From Minisyncoccia bacterium (GTDB lineage Bacteria; Patescibacteriota; Minisyncoccia; UBA6257; 2-01-FULL-56-20), in contig JBEKBG010000001.1 in assembly GCA_050015515.1 (NCBI GenBank), forward strand, positions 6,028 through 70,027: a stretch of 64,000 nucleotides of DNA, read 5' to 3'. The translations under genes and the position numbers were made by a program. Within the stretch, counting starts at the first letter, position 1; each line of letters opens with the position of its first letter. Shown here piece after piece: positions 9,345 through 19,178 of this stretch. Under the pieces are notes generated by a model. It saw only the letters and a program-made list of their open reading frames with translations. It searched no databases and was not told the DNA's origin.

Positions 9345-9416
9345 TGGGCGCACTAGGACTCGAACCTAGAACCGGACGTGTATAAGACGTCTGCTCTGCC
9401 ATTGAGCTATACGCCC
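9345..9416 (-). tRNA. tRNA-Ile (anticodon UAU)
   Basis: Manual cloverleaf of the reverse complement: GGGCGTA/TGCGCCC acceptor, GCTC/GAGC D-stem, GACGT-CTTATAC-ACGTC anticodon arm, CTAGG-TTCGAGT-CCTAG T-arm, discriminator A. No CCA encoded. Confidence 0.7.
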
Positions 9417-9563
9417 ATTCCCCTATTCAGACTAAAAGATTATCCGTAATAAGTAAATAAAAATCATAGTGTTTTGAAGGGTGTCGCGGAGGCACGAAGG
9501 TGCCGAGCGCCAAGGCGCGCGCCCAGCAGGGCGCGACGCCGTCCCTTCAAAGCACTGTGGTTT

Positions 9564-10157
9564 TTATTTCTCTATACTATCAAATTTATCCATCGCCTGC
9601 CCGGCCGTCGTGTTAAAGTTGTTGATCATATTCACGTCGGCGTTGATCTGGCTCACAATGTTCGCCACCTCGGTGTTCGGCTGGGGCGTACCGCTGAACC
9701 GTGATTGGAGCACGGCCAAGAGATGGTCGAGATCGTTGCTGTAAGTGATGAGCTCGTTGATGACCGCCAGCCGATTCGTCATGGACTGCACCGCCGCCTG
9801 CTGCGCGTCCGCCGATTTGATGTTCGGGATGTCCGTCGACATCTGCTGCACCTGCGCGGCGAGCTGCACTGCTTCATTACGCAACCCCGCGCTCTGGTTG
9901 ATGAGCGCCGTCGTTGAAGCGAGCGCGTCCGTGTAGTCACCCTCCTGATCGTACTTGTTGATCGCATTCAATTCGTCCGTTGACTGGTTGGAATCGTTGA
10001 CGATCGTCTGCGCGATGATGGCCCCTTGAACCCGTGCCGCAGTGAAGCTTGCCGGCACCCCATTCTGCCATTGCCAGAACAAGACAAGGCCGTATCCCAC
10101 CGCAACGATGATAATAAAAGCCGCAATGATCTTGGTGCGACGGGAAAATGTGGACAT
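9564..10157 (-). CDS. hypothetical membrane-anchored protein
   Basis: N-terminal TM helix followed by an Ala/Gln/Asn-rich helical domain. Confidence 0.5.
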   Translation of the reverse strand: MSTFSRRTKIIAAFIIIVAVGYGLVLFWQWQNGVPASFTAARVQGAIIAQTIVNDSNQSTDELNAINKYDQEGDYTDALASTTALINQSAGLRNEAVQLAAQVQQMSTDIPNIKSADAQQAAVQSMTNRLAVINELITYSNDLDHLLAVLQSRFSGTPQPNTEVANIVSQINADVNMINNFNTTAGQAMDKFDSIEK

Positions 10158-10253
10158 ATTGGATTATCTATTTTTAGCAAAAATCATTGAAAAAAGCAAG
10201 AAGGAATGGTAAATTGAATCACGCAGATCGGTGTGCGCCACGTGGCGGCGCAT

Positions 10254-10324
10254 CGCGGGTATTGTATAACGGTATTACGTCACCCTTCCAAGGTGAAGTC
10301 AGGGGTTCGACTCCCCTTACCCGC
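10254..10324 (+). tRNA. tRNA-Gly (anticodon UCC)
   Basis: GCGGGTA/TACCCGC acceptor, TCACC-CTTCCAA-GGTGA anticodon arm, AGGGG-TTCGACT-CCCCT T-arm, 4-nt variable loop, discriminator U. Confidence 0.85.
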
Positions 10325-10407
10325 TCAGCAAGAAGAATATGTGGCATTCCAAAACCGGGCTCACCCTCCGGGATGGTTTTGGAATGCCACATATTCTTCT
10401 TGCTGAG
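10322..10407. repeat. palindromic element, core family copy A (34-bp perfect arms, core GGGCTCACCCTCCGGGA)
   Basis: Left arm 10322-10355 is the exact reverse complement of right arm 10374-10407. Starts at the last bases of tRNA-Gly. Confidence 0.7.
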
Positions 10408-10508
10408 CTTGATGAGGAGGCGAACGGCGGAGCAAGATTTTCAGCAGAAAAATCTTGTGAGCCGGTGCCCAGACCAAATGCGAGCGACGGCGAGCATTTG
10501 AGTCGCGG

Positions 10509-10523
10509 GCGACTCCCCTTACC
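10509..10523 (+). repeat. direct repeat of the tRNA-Gly 3' end (CGACTCCCCTTACCC)
   Basis: 15-nt identity with tRNA positions 10307-10321, located 186 bp downstream. Confidence 0.5.
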
Positions 10524-10627
10524 CACTTCCCTCAAAACAATAGTGAGTGGAGGCGTAGGGTAAAGATAAAAAAAGCCCCGCCACAGTGTAAGCACAAGGC
10601 TTTCTGTTGCGAGGCGTGACATCAAAC

Positions 10628-10909
10628 TCACACAATGATTCGATGGGCTTTCCTCATCCGGTTATAGCTGAGGACGAGCAAGGCAAGAGCGAATATCGGC
10701 GCAAACATGCGGCCCATCGCGTCAAACAGGTCGACGTCTGGCTCAGTCGTCGTTATCGCCATAGCAAGAAGGCCATAGGCAAGTAAAGTGCTGAGCGCTC
10801 CCTGGAGGTAATATTTCCAGACCATCCAGCTAAAGCACATCCTGGCTACCAAGGACAGTGCCCAGATGAGGAGATATGCTCCTACAAGCAAGGTACATGT
10901 CAACAACAT
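10628..10909 (-). CDS. small membrane protein, hypothetical
   Basis: 93 aa, three hydrophobic segments. Confidence 0.4.
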   Translation of the reverse strand: MLLTCTLLVGAYLLIWALSLVARMCFSWMVWKYYLQGALSTLLAYGLLAMAITTTEPDVDLFDAMGRMFAPIFALALLVLSYNRMRKAHRIIV

Positions 10910-11062
10910 AGTTCTCTTTTCCTTTCTCCCGCAACTGCTTAGAGTCGCGGCTCCGTTCGTTCTGCCCGCATTCTACCGTTTGACGGATGGATTGTCAAAT
11001 GGTATAAGGAGGGTAGCTCACAACGCAACAAGATTTTACATTTCCATGAATGGAGGAAAAAT

Positions 11063-11641
11063 ATGGGCTACGCCTCGACGCTGAGCGTTCAAGACCAACT
11101 TGATCTGGAAGAAGTCCTGGCGGAACTCATAGAAGAGATCTTCCTCCGCCTCCAAGATCAGGGACACCTCGCTGCTGTTTTGGGATTTTACTGCCAAGCG
11201 GTAACACGGGACGAATTGTCCGTCTTTGCAATCGCATGGGATGGTTCAGGAGAAGAATTGTTTAAAACCTCCATCAATTCCATTGCAATTCCTGTTGTTA
11301 TGGATGGGGAGCAGATGGGACGATTTCTTCGCAACCACCTCCGTCGCAGCATGATTCATAAAGGATGGAGGAATAGTAATCAGGCTCTCTCCTGCTATCA
11401 AAAGAACGACGGAGGCATACTCCTACTCTCGCCCGTCGTCGCAAGCCCGAAAAACCAGACTATCGTTCTTGAGCAAACTAGCAATTCGTGGAATGCGTAC
11501 TTTGATTCCAACCCAAAGACCAAGGGCGTTGGGAGTTCACAGGGCGAAGCCGTTGCAAGCCTGTACACCAATGAAATCGGAAAGCTGATCTTGCAGAACC
11601 CCGAGCGATTCGCCCTTACTGTTATTACGAAGCCTACCTGA
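11063..11641 (+). CDS. hypothetical protein
   Basis: GGAGG RBS 6 nt upstream of the ATG. 192 aa. No motif. Confidence 0.55.
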   Translation: MGYASTLSVQDQLDLEEVLAELIEEIFLRLQDQGHLAAVLGFYCQAVTRDELSVFAIAWDGSGEELFKTSINSIAIPVVMDGEQMGRFLRNHLRRSMIHKGWRNSNQALSCYQKNDGGILLLSPVVASPKNQTIVLEQTSNSWNAYFDSNPKTKGVGSSQGEAVASLYTNEIGKLILQNPERFALTVITKPT

Positions 11642-11765
11642 GAAAAATATGGGTAGGCTTTTTTTATCCTCAACATTTCTCGGCCATCAAATCCGGAATC
11701 ACGAATTTGCTGCCGTTTTCCCCATAAAAGGTTCTAACGTCATTGACTAGCCCGCTCACTCGCAG

Positions 11766-11793
11766 ATAAAAAAGCGGAGCATTTCTGCTCCGC
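11766..11793 (-). terminator. intrinsic terminator downstream of the 11796-12521 gene
   Basis: GCGGAGCA-TTTC-TGCTCCGC hairpin (11774-11793) with an adjacent A-run on the plus strand, giving a U-run on the minus transcript. Confidence 0.4.
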
Positions 11794-11795
11794 GA

Positions 11796-12521
11796 TCAAG
11801 AACGTTCAGATTTCTTCCCTCTCATCCACTTCCTCTGAGGCTCTCTGCCTGCCGCGCGCTCGGCTTTGCGATAGCGATTGCGCGAACGCCTGCTTTCCTT
11901 GACGAGTGCGAGCACCTCATCCGAAAGCATGATATCCCACCGCGCCCAGACCGGCTTTTTATCGGGGAGATGTCCCTCCTTGTTCAGACAACCCCACCAT
12001 GTTTTGCCGTTTATCCTCCTTCGCATTATTTTCATGCGAGCGTTGCATCGCGGGCAACACGGCGGCCTGACAATCCTCAACCAAGTGACCCATATCCGCT
12101 TAAGAAAATTTTCGACGAAATTCTTTGTGCGATGGACGTCGGCGGCAAAATATTCTTCTCTGCCGTCACGCGCACTGACGATGAGCACGCGCCCCGCGTC
12201 TTCATACCGTGGTCTGCCGACAACAATATCACTGGAAAGCAATGGAAGCTGACTGCACCTTTCCACTTTTTCCCGCTCGCACGTGGTCCACACCTTTACC
12301 GCATAGCCATGACGCGGAATACTCACAAACCCAATCTCATAGCTCGGCTCTTCAGAAAAAGAAATTTCTCTGAACCCGCGCCTTCTGAGACGGTGCGCGA
12401 TCTCACAAAAATCCCGATAGGTTACCGAAACCGCTTCTGGCACGATACCACCTCCTCTTTCTGGGAAAGATACTGCGTATGTTATACAAAAATCGCCAAG
12501 GAAAAGCAATGGCTGCGGCAA
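11796..12521 (-). CDS. hypothetical protein with C4 zinc ribbon; possible PD-(D/E)xK/NERD-like nuclease fold
   Basis: CCPRC...C..C ribbon, basic C-terminal tail, D..E.K-like pattern. Family assignment is tentative. Confidence 0.45.
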   Translation of the reverse strand: MPQPLLFLGDFCITYAVSFPERGGGIVPEAVSVTYRDFCEIAHRLRRRGFREISFSEEPSYEIGFVSIPRHGYAVKVWTTCEREKVERCSQLPLLSSDIVVGRPRYEDAGRVLIVSARDGREEYFAADVHRTKNFVENFLKRIWVTWLRIVRPPCCPRCNARMKIMRRRINGKTWWGCLNKEGHLPDKKPVWARWDIMLSDEVLALVKESRRSRNRYRKAERAAGREPQRKWMRGKKSERS

Positions 12522-12738
12522 AGACCAAAAAATATCAGAAATGAGAAAAGGGATAACCAGTTGGTTATCCCTTAGAGAGTTGCGCGGTCATAGTCACGCG
12601 CTAGACAATGTGTTGCGAATAAATTCGCATTGTGCGACCGCTTTGAAAGCGGTTTAAATTAATATTGGTGTTGTTGTTCGGTCGCTATAATGACTATACC
12701 GTGAATCCCCTCCCCGCGCCAACCGCCCCTGTGGATAA

Positions 12739-13941
12739 CTAGAGAATAACTTTAAAAAAGCGCTTTTTGCCTACCTTGATGACCTCCCCGCCTTTAAGTA
12801 CGAGCGGTGGCTGCGGGTCGCGGCACGGACGGTTATCCACATCAAATCCCCCTTGCTCAATGAGGCGGCGCGCTTCACCTCTGCTCTTGAAAACGCCGGA
12901 AGCGATGATAAGATCCACCGGCAAGATAGTGCCGCTATTTATTTTTAGCGTAGGCACGACATCCGGCACTTCGCGCCGCGAGAACGTTTTCACAAAGTTT
13001 TCCGCCGCCGCGCGAGCTTTTTTCTCTCCGTGATAGCGCTTGACCACCTCGAATGCCAAAATTTCCTTCACTTTCTTGGGATTATCGCCTCCCTTGATGC
13101 CGTCAACATATTTTTTTATCTCACGATCGGAAACGTCGGTGGCAAGATGGAAATAATTCGGAATCTGGTCATCGCGGACGGACATCACTTTGCCGAATTG
13201 GTCGTCGGGCGCATCTATAATATTGATCACGTTGCCCCAGCTGGTGGACATCTTGCGCCCGTCGGTGCCAAGCAACATTTTATTTACTAAAATATCCTGT
13301 GGCTTTTGTTTATAACGCTCCTGGATCTTTCGCCCGGCCAGAAGATTGAAGAGTTGGTCTGTGCCAGCGAGTTCCACGTCCGCTTTTATCGCCACGGAGT
13401 CGTATCCTTGCATCAGCGGATATAAAAATTCCCGCACGCTTATCTCTTTATGCGCATCCCACCGGTCCTTGAAGTTGCGCCGATCCACCATCTGCTGAAC
13501 GGTGAACGCCTCCGCCAGCTCGGAAATTTCCTGAAAGTTCAACGCGGCAAGCCATTCGCTGTTGTAGCGCACCTCCGTTTTTTTGAGATCAATGATTCTG
13601 CCTATCTGCGGAAGATAGTTTTTAAGATTCTTTTTAACCGCCGCGGCGGTAAGGAATGGTCGTTTTTCCAGCTTATCCGACGGGTCGCCCACCTGCGCGG
13701 TAAAATCGCCGATGATGAGCACGATCTTGTGCCCGAGATCCTGGAACTCTTTGAGCTTCCAAAACACCACCGCGCGGCCAATGTGGATCTTATCCCCCGT
13801 CGGGTCAATGCCAAATTTTACGCGCAGCTTTTTGCCCGAAAGCAGGGCGGCACGCAAATGCCCCTCATCAATCACTTCTTCCACGTTGCGTGAGAGCAAC
13901 GCTTCAATCTTTTCTTTGTCTATCGCTTTAGAAACCGCCAT
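12739..13941 (-). CDS. tyrS: tyrosine--tRNA ligase
   Basis: Class I HIGH-like (DPTGDKIHIG) and KMSKS (KMSTS) motifs. C-terminal S4 domain. Confidence 0.9.
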   Translation of the reverse strand: MAVSKAIDKEKIEALLSRNVEEVIDEGHLRAALLSGKKLRVKFGIDPTGDKIHIGRAVVFWKLKEFQDLGHKIVLIIGDFTAQVGDPSDKLEKRPFLTAAAVKKNLKNYLPQIGRIIDLKKTEVRYNSEWLAALNFQEISELAEAFTVQQMVDRRNFKDRWDAHKEISVREFLYPLMQGYDSVAIKADVELAGTDQLFNLLAGRKIQERYKQKPQDILVNKMLLGTDGRKMSTSWGNVINIIDAPDDQFGKVMSVRDDQIPNYFHLATDVSDREIKKYVDGIKGGDNPKKVKEILAFEVVKRYHGEKKARAAAENFVKTFSRREVPDVVPTLKINSGTILPVDLIIASGVFKSRGEARRLIEQGGFDVDNRPCRDPQPPLVLKGGEVIKVGKKRFFKVIL

Positions 13942-14018
13942 GTACCCTTATTTTACCACAAAAAAGATGATATGATAATGACAGCAGAAAGCCGCCGGAT
14001 GGCGCAGGAGGAAACACC

Positions 14019-14315
14019 ATGGCGACGCAATCGCAGTTGGAACGACCTCTTGTTGAAAGATATGTAGAGCAGATACCTATATGGATGCCCGAACGCATGG
14101 ATCCTGGAACCGTCTTTCTCCTTGAAAACCAAACCAGGCTCGGCGAAGAACAAAATCCATTTGTGGCGGTGATGTCCTGCCCGCGATGCGGAACTCTCGG
14201 CCTCGTCACGCGACGCCAATTGTACACCGGCGAATTCATGATCTGCGGTGGCGATGTTTGCTCCGCAGAGTGGAATATCAAGGAAGGAATATTCACCACC
14301 CGCGAATCTCAGTGA
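14019..14315 (+). CDS. hypothetical zinc-ribbon protein
   Basis: AGGAGG RBS. CPRC...C..C motif. Confidence 0.55.
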   Translation: MATQSQLERPLVERYVEQIPIWMPERMDPGTVFLLENQTRLGEEQNPFVAVMSCPRCGTLGLVTRRQLYTGEFMICGGDVCSAEWNIKEGIFTTRESQ

Positions 14316-14338
14316 TTTTCTCTGTTCAAAAACAAAAA

Positions 14339-14368
14339 CCCGGCGCATCGCATGCCGGGTCTTTTTTA
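14339..14368. terminator. bidirectional intrinsic terminator between convergent genes
   Basis: ACCCGGC-GCATCGCAT-GCCGGGT hairpin with T6 on the plus strand and A-run upstream. Lies between the 14019-14315 (+) gene and clpP (-). Confidence 0.5.
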
Positions 14369-14389
14369 CCTCCGTAAATATCCCCCCCC

Positions 14390-15013
14390 CTACGACTTCT
14401 TGATGATTTCATCCACCACGCCGTACGCTTTCGCCTCTTCCGCAGAAAGCCAGAAGTCGCGTTCGGTATCCTTTTCCACTTTCGCAAGCGACTGCCCGGT
14501 GCTCTTGGCGAGGATCTGGTTTAGGCGTGCCTTCGTCTTTAATATCTGTCGCGCGGAGATTTCGATCTCCGTAGCCTGGCCGCCGATGGAATCCACCGCC
14601 ACCTGGTGCAAAAGAATTTCCGAGTTCGGCAGCGTGAAGCGTTTGCCCTTCTTGCCGGCGGCGAGGAGAAAGGCGCCCATGGACGCCGCGATGCCCACGC
14701 ACATCGTCGCCACATCCGGCTTCACATACTGCATCGCGTCGTAAATCGCCATCCCTGCCGTCACCGAGCCGCCAGGGCTATTGATATAGAGCTGGATATC
14801 CTTCTTGGCGTCCTCATGTTCCAGAAACAACAGCTGTGCGATCACCGTGTTCGCTACCGCATCGCTTACCGGGCCGCCCAAAAAGATGATCCGCTCCTTG
14901 AGAAGCCGCGAATAAATATCGTATGCGCGCTCGCCATTCGAAGTTTTTTCGATGACGGTCGGGATTAGATATTGCGAGTATTCATCCTCGCCATGTAATG
15001 ATCTTTTGTTCAT
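14390..15013 (-). CDS. clpP: ATP-dependent Clp protease proteolytic subunit
   Basis: Full-length ClpP signature ([20 protein letters not shown] ... catalytic Ser region). Confidence 0.92.
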   Translation of the reverse strand: MNKRSLHGEDEYSQYLIPTVIEKTSNGERAYDIYSRLLKERIIFLGGPVSDAVANTVIAQLLFLEHEDAKKDIQLYINSPGGSVTAGMAIYDAMQYVKPDVATMCVGIAASMGAFLLAAGKKGKRFTLPNSEILLHQVAVDSIGGQATEIEISARQILKTKARLNQILAKSTGQSLAKVEKDTERDFWLSAEEAKAYGVVDEIIKKS

Positions 15014-15031
15014 AGTGCGATGTCGTTATTT

Positions 15032-16996
15032 TTAGTGAATGAATTTTACGATAAGCAATGCGATGATGTTCACCACTTTGATCAACGGGTTGATCGCCGG
15101 ACCGGTGGTGTCCTTATATGGATCGCCCACCGTATCGCCGGTGACCGCCGCTTTGTGCGCTTCCGAGCCTTTGCCGCCGAAGTTTCCGTCCTCTATATAT
15201 TTCTTCGCGTTGTCCCACGCCGCGCCGCCCGCGGTCATGGAAAGCGCCATGAAGAGTCCGCCCACGATCGTGCCGATCAAGAGTCCGCCGAGCGCCGCGG
15301 CACCAAGACCAAACCCAACGACGAGAACGCCGACGATCGGCACGAGCGCCGGGATGATCATCTCTTTGATCGCCGCCTTCGTCACGATATCAACCGCCTT
15401 GCCGTACTCCGGCTTGGCAGTGCCTTCCATCAAGCCCTTGATCTCGCGGAACTGGCGGCGGATCTCATCCACCACCGCGCCCGCGGCGCGTCCCACCGAA
15501 CGGAGCGTGAGCGATGCGAAGAAGTAGACCATCGCCGCGCCGAGCAAGAGTCCGACGAGCACCGCCGGGTTGCTTAGGCTGAAAATAATTCCCTTTGCCT
15601 CATTCGCGTAGCTCGAGAAAAGCACCAACGCCGCGAGTCCCGCGGATGCGATCGCATATCCTTTCGTGATCGCCTTTGTGGTATTCCCTACCGCATCGAG
15701 CGAGTCGGTGATCTTGCGTACGTTCTCCGGCTGCTTCGTCATCTCCGCGATACCACCGGCGTTGTCGGTGATTGGACCGAACGAATCAATGGAAACGATG
15801 ATGCCTGCCACGGAAAGCATCGCGACGGATGCGATCGCTACACCGTAAATTCCCGAAAGCGCGTAGCTCGCTAATATTCCCAACGCAATCACAAATGCCG
15901 GAAGAAGCGTTGATTCCATTCCCACCGAAAGACCGATGATAATGTTCGTTCCATGCCCGGACTTCGAAGCCTCGGCAACCGACTGCACGGGACGGAACTG
16001 TTTTGCTGTGTAGTAGTCGGTGATGATTACCATGAGTGCCGTCACCGCGAGGCCGGTCAACGATGACAAGAAAATATTCAGATACGCTGCGCCGAACACG
16101 TATATTGAGAGAAAGTAGAATCCGATTGCCGCGAACACAAGCGATGCGATCAATCCTTTGTAGAGAGCACCCATGATCGAATTATTTTTACTCAACCGTA
16201 CGAAGAACGTTCCTAATATAGAGGCGATAATAGAGACGCCGCCCAAGAGCAACGGGAACCCGATTGTGCCGGAAACCACCGTCGTCAATGAGCCGAGTAA
16301 AATGCCCGCGGTAAGCGTGACGGCGTACGTTTCAAAAAGATCAGCAGCCATGCCGGCGCAATCGCCGACGTTGTCGCCGACGTTATCCGCAATGACGCCC
16401 GGGTTGCGCGGATCATCTTCCGGAATCCCCGCTTCAACTTTTCCAACCAAGTCGGTGCCGACGTCCGCCGCTTTTGTATAGATACCACCGCCCAAGCGCG
16501 CAAAGATCGAGATCAAGCTCGCGCCGAACCCAAGTCCGATGAGTGCTTCGATATTTCCACCGGAAACAAAGTACGTTCCGGCCACCGCCAGTAAGCCGAG
16601 CGCCGTTACCAAAAGCCCCGTAACGGAACCCGCCTTGAACGCGAGCGAGAGCGCTGGGAATAATCCCTTCTTCGCCGCCTCTGTGGTCTTCGCATTCGCA
16701 CGCACCGCGACGTTCATACCGATGTAGCCAGTCAGTGCCGATGCGATGCCGCCCACTAGAAACGCGAGTGCGACTGGCGCGCCGAGCGCGAACCAAATCA
16801 CCGCAGCGAGTATCACCGCCACCACAGCGACGGTCTTATACTGCCGGTTCAAATACGCCATCGATCCCTCTTGAATGGCTTTTGAAATTTCCACCATGCC
16901 CACATCCCCCGCCGGCTGTTTTTTTAACCAAAGCGCGAGCCACGCGCTGTAAATTATTGCTATCGCGACCGGAACAAAAATGAGTAAGTAGGTCAT
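15032..16996 (-). CDS. hppA: membrane-bound proton-translocating pyrophosphatase
   Basis: [18 protein letters not shown] signature. About 15 TM helices. 654 aa. Confidence 0.92.
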   Translation of the reverse strand: MTYLLIFVPVAIAIIYSAWLALWLKKQPAGDVGMVEISKAIQEGSMAYLNRQYKTVAVVAVILAAVIWFALGAPVALAFLVGGIASALTGYIGMNVAVRANAKTTEAAKKGLFPALSLAFKAGSVTGLLVTALGLLAVAGTYFVSGGNIEALIGLGFGASLISIFARLGGGIYTKAADVGTDLVGKVEAGIPEDDPRNPGVIADNVGDNVGDCAGMAADLFETYAVTLTAGILLGSLTTVVSGTIGFPLLLGGVSIIASILGTFFVRLSKNNSIMGALYKGLIASLVFAAIGFYFLSIYVFGAAYLNIFLSSLTGLAVTALMVIITDYYTAKQFRPVQSVAEASKSGHGTNIIIGLSVGMESTLLPAFVIALGILASYALSGIYGVAIASVAMLSVAGIIVSIDSFGPITDNAGGIAEMTKQPENVRKITDSLDAVGNTTKAITKGYAIASAGLAALVLFSSYANEAKGIIFSLSNPAVLVGLLLGAAMVYFFASLTLRSVGRAAGAVVDEIRRQFREIKGLMEGTAKPEYGKAVDIVTKAAIKEMIIPALVPIVGVLVVGFGLGAAALGGLLIGTIVGGLFMALSMTAGGAAWDNAKKYIEDGNFGGKGSEAHKAAVTGDTVGDPYKDTTGPAINPLIKVVNIIALLIVKFIH

Positions 16997-17014
16997 CTTT
17001 TTATTATAATATTT

Positions 17015-18268
17015 TTATATTGCGATATCTTCTTTATCATCCTCTTCCGGCGGAGCGATCTGGTCGGAACCGGAACCCGCGTCAACGAGTCCTGCGATGC
17101 CGCCCTCCACTTCCTCCTCCGGTCGCGTCTGCGAACGCACATCGATCTTCCATCCTGTCAGCTTCGCCGCGAGCCGCACGTTCTGGCCGCCCTTGCCGAT
17201 CGCCAAACTCAGTTGGCTCTCCGGAACATACGCGCGTGCTTCGCGGCGTGGAAGGATCTCCACACGCTCAACCTTCGCCGGCGAAAGCGCATTCGCGATG
17301 AACTTCTCCGGATCGTCGGACCACTCCGCAATATCGATCTTCTCGTTGCCCAGCTCGTTGTTCACCGCCATCACGCGCGTGCCGCGCTGACCCACGAGCG
17401 CACCCACCGGATCCACACCATCCGCCTTTGAGGCCGCGGCGATCTTCGTTCGATTGCCCGGCTCACGTGCGATGGCTTTGATCTCGATTGCATCCTCAAT
17501 CAACTCCGGAACCTCCATGCGGAAAAGTTCTATGACAAACTTCGGATGCGAGCGCGAAAGAATGATCCCGGGAAGCCGCGTGTCTTCCTGCACGGCCGTC
17601 ACTAGAAATCGCAATCGCTCCCCTGCGCGATAATGCTCGCCAGGAATGGATTCGTTGCCGAACATCACGCCGATCGTACGACCGAGATCCACAAAAATAT
17701 TTCCACGCTCGAACCGTTGAATGACGCCGCTCACGATCTGCCCTTCGCGCCCGCGCCACTCATTCAATATTGAATCGCGTTCCGATTCGCGTAATTTTTG
17801 CAAAATGACCTGCTTCGCCGTCTGCGCCGCGATGCGCCCAAAATCTTCATGTGTCTCTAACGGAAATTCAAGTTCCTCGCCAAGCGCCACATCCTTCTTT
17901 ATTTTTTTTGCCTCCGCCAAAGTGATGTGCCGCTCCGGATTGAAACGTGGAAGTTTCTGCTCATCATCTTCCGCTACCATCGCCTCTTTTTGATTCACGG
18001 CGACAGCACCCTTAACTACCGGGCTTTCTTCTTCGTCCTCAACAAAACGCACCGTCGTGTCATCCACTACCGTTTTGACCTGCCAGAAATTCAACTCGCC
18101 GGTCTTCTGATCCATCTTGCACTTCACCACATCGCCACGCCCGGCATATTCTCTTTTGTAGGCCGCCGCGATGGACGACTCAATGACATCCAAAACTTTA
18201 TCCGGATCCAAACCCTTCTCATCCGCAACCTGCTTCAGCGCTTTTGATAATTCTTTTATGTTTAACAT
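17015..18268 (-). CDS. nusA: transcription termination/antitermination factor NusA
   Basis: N-terminal domain, S1 and two KH domains in NusA order. 417 aa. Confidence 0.92.
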   Translation of the reverse strand: MLNIKELSKALKQVADEKGLDPDKVLDVIESSIAAAYKREYAGRGDVVKCKMDQKTGELNFWQVKTVVDDTTVRFVEDEEESPVVKGAVAVNQKEAMVAEDDEQKLPRFNPERHITLAEAKKIKKDVALGEELEFPLETHEDFGRIAAQTAKQVILQKLRESERDSILNEWRGREGQIVSGVIQRFERGNIFVDLGRTIGVMFGNESIPGEHYRAGERLRFLVTAVQEDTRLPGIILSRSHPKFVIELFRMEVPELIEDAIEIKAIAREPGNRTKIAAASKADGVDPVGALVGQRGTRVMAVNNELGNEKIDIAEWSDDPEKFIANALSPAKVERVEILPRREARAYVPESQLSLAIGKGGQNVRLAAKLTGWKIDVRSQTRPEEEVEGGIAGLVDAGSGSDQIAPPEEDDKEDIAI

Positions 18269-18370
18269 TTATTTAATTGTTATTTAGTTGTCTTTCTTTA
18301 AAAAAGACCGCTTTGAAAGCGGACTTACACCATCGCTTTATTGTATTTGAAAACTGCATGGAGTGTCAAG

Positions 18371-18452
18371 GGCGGAGAGAAAAGGAGGAGCGTTCTCCGA
18401 CTGGGCTCACCCTTCGGGATAGTCGGAGAACGCTCCTCCTTTTCTCTCCGCC
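18371..18452. repeat. palindromic element, core family copy B (32-bp perfect arms, core GGGCTCACCCTTCGGGAT)
   Basis: 18371-18402 is the reverse complement of 18421-18452. Lies between nusA and yraN. Confidence 0.7.
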
Positions 18453-18478
18453 GATATATTAAAAGATTAAGAGGATCG

Positions 18479-18844
18479 CTAGATGTTTTTATAATGCCGG
18501 AGGTTGGATAGCTTCCCGCCATCCAAGACTATTGCGACAAGATCAATCTGCCATCCAGCATTTTCCCAGACCAGCTCAGGATGCCGCGCCAAGAAAATAT
18601 TGGCTGCCCTGATCATTTTATGCCGTTTTGCCGAGCTGAGATTATCTTCCGGCATAAACCCGCTATTATTGTAATTACTAGTTTTAACCTCACAAAAGAC
18701 CAATACGCCGCCAGGGTCACGAGTAAGAATATCTATTTCATCGAATCTTTCCCTGTGATTTCTGGCCAATATTAAATAGGAGTTTTTTAATAAATATTGA
18801 CACGCGATATCCTCCCCTATTTTGCCGGTTTCGATATTTTTCAT
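18479..18844 (-). CDS. YraN family (UPF0102) predicted endonuclease
   Basis: Characteristic N-terminal G.GE..A..YL and PD-(D/E)xK core (FDEIDILTRDP...EVKTS). Confidence 0.8.
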   Translation of the reverse strand: MKNIETGKIGEDIACQYLLKNSYLILARNHRERFDEIDILTRDPGGVLVFCEVKTSNYNNSGFMPEDNLSSAKRHKMIRAANIFLARHPELVWENAGWQIDLVAIVLDGGKLSNLRHYKNI

Positions 18845-18851
18845 AATTAAA

Positions 18852-18985
18852 GAATTTTAATTGTGTTTTCCGTAAAACATCATTAAAAATGTTTTTGGGC
18901 TTTATTTTAAATCAAATTAAAAATAAAATGCTATTTTATCTCCAAGATGGCCATTTTGAATTTTAATTGTGTTTTCCGTAAAACA
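18852..18985. repeat. pair of 28-bp direct repeats (GAATTTTAATTGTGTTTTCCGTAAAACA) in an AT-rich ORF-free region
   Basis: Copies at 18852-18879 and 18958-18985, in the yraN / dksA-like divergent intergenic region. Confidence 0.5.
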
Positions 18986-19080
18986 ATTTTGAAAAACATT
19001 TTTGTTTTACAGTAGGTTTTATGGGCTTACCGGGTTTTGCCGTATTATTTGGATTTAATCCGGCAATCCGGCAAACCATG

Positions 19081-19150
19081 CGGATGAGGAGGGGCATTCT
19101 CCGACTGGGCTCACCCTTCGGGACAGTCGGAGAATGCCCCTCCTCATCCG
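19081..19150. repeat. palindromic element, core family copy C (26-bp arms, core GGGCTCACCCTTCGGGAC)
   Basis: Inner 46 bp nearly identical to copy B. Outer arms differ but are perfectly complementary. Confidence 0.7.
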
Positions 19151-19178
19151 CGCAGTCTTATTAGTTTAATAGGGGAAT

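Noticed and set aside
11970-12575. 201-aa plus-strand ORF opposite the zinc-ribbon/nuclease-like gene
   Set aside because: No start signals and a compositionally odd translation. The minus-strand ORF has a zinc ribbon, a basic tail and a downstream terminator.
12730-12738. Perfect consensus DnaA box TGTGGATAA
   Set aside because: It is a single isolated copy inside the last codons of tyrS, with no AT-rich unwinding region or partner boxes. Noted only as a possible stray DnaA site.
18852-18985. CRISPR array
   Set aside because: Only two copies of the 28-bp repeat, spacer ~78 bp, no cas genes in the window and no further repeats. Treated as regulatory direct repeats.
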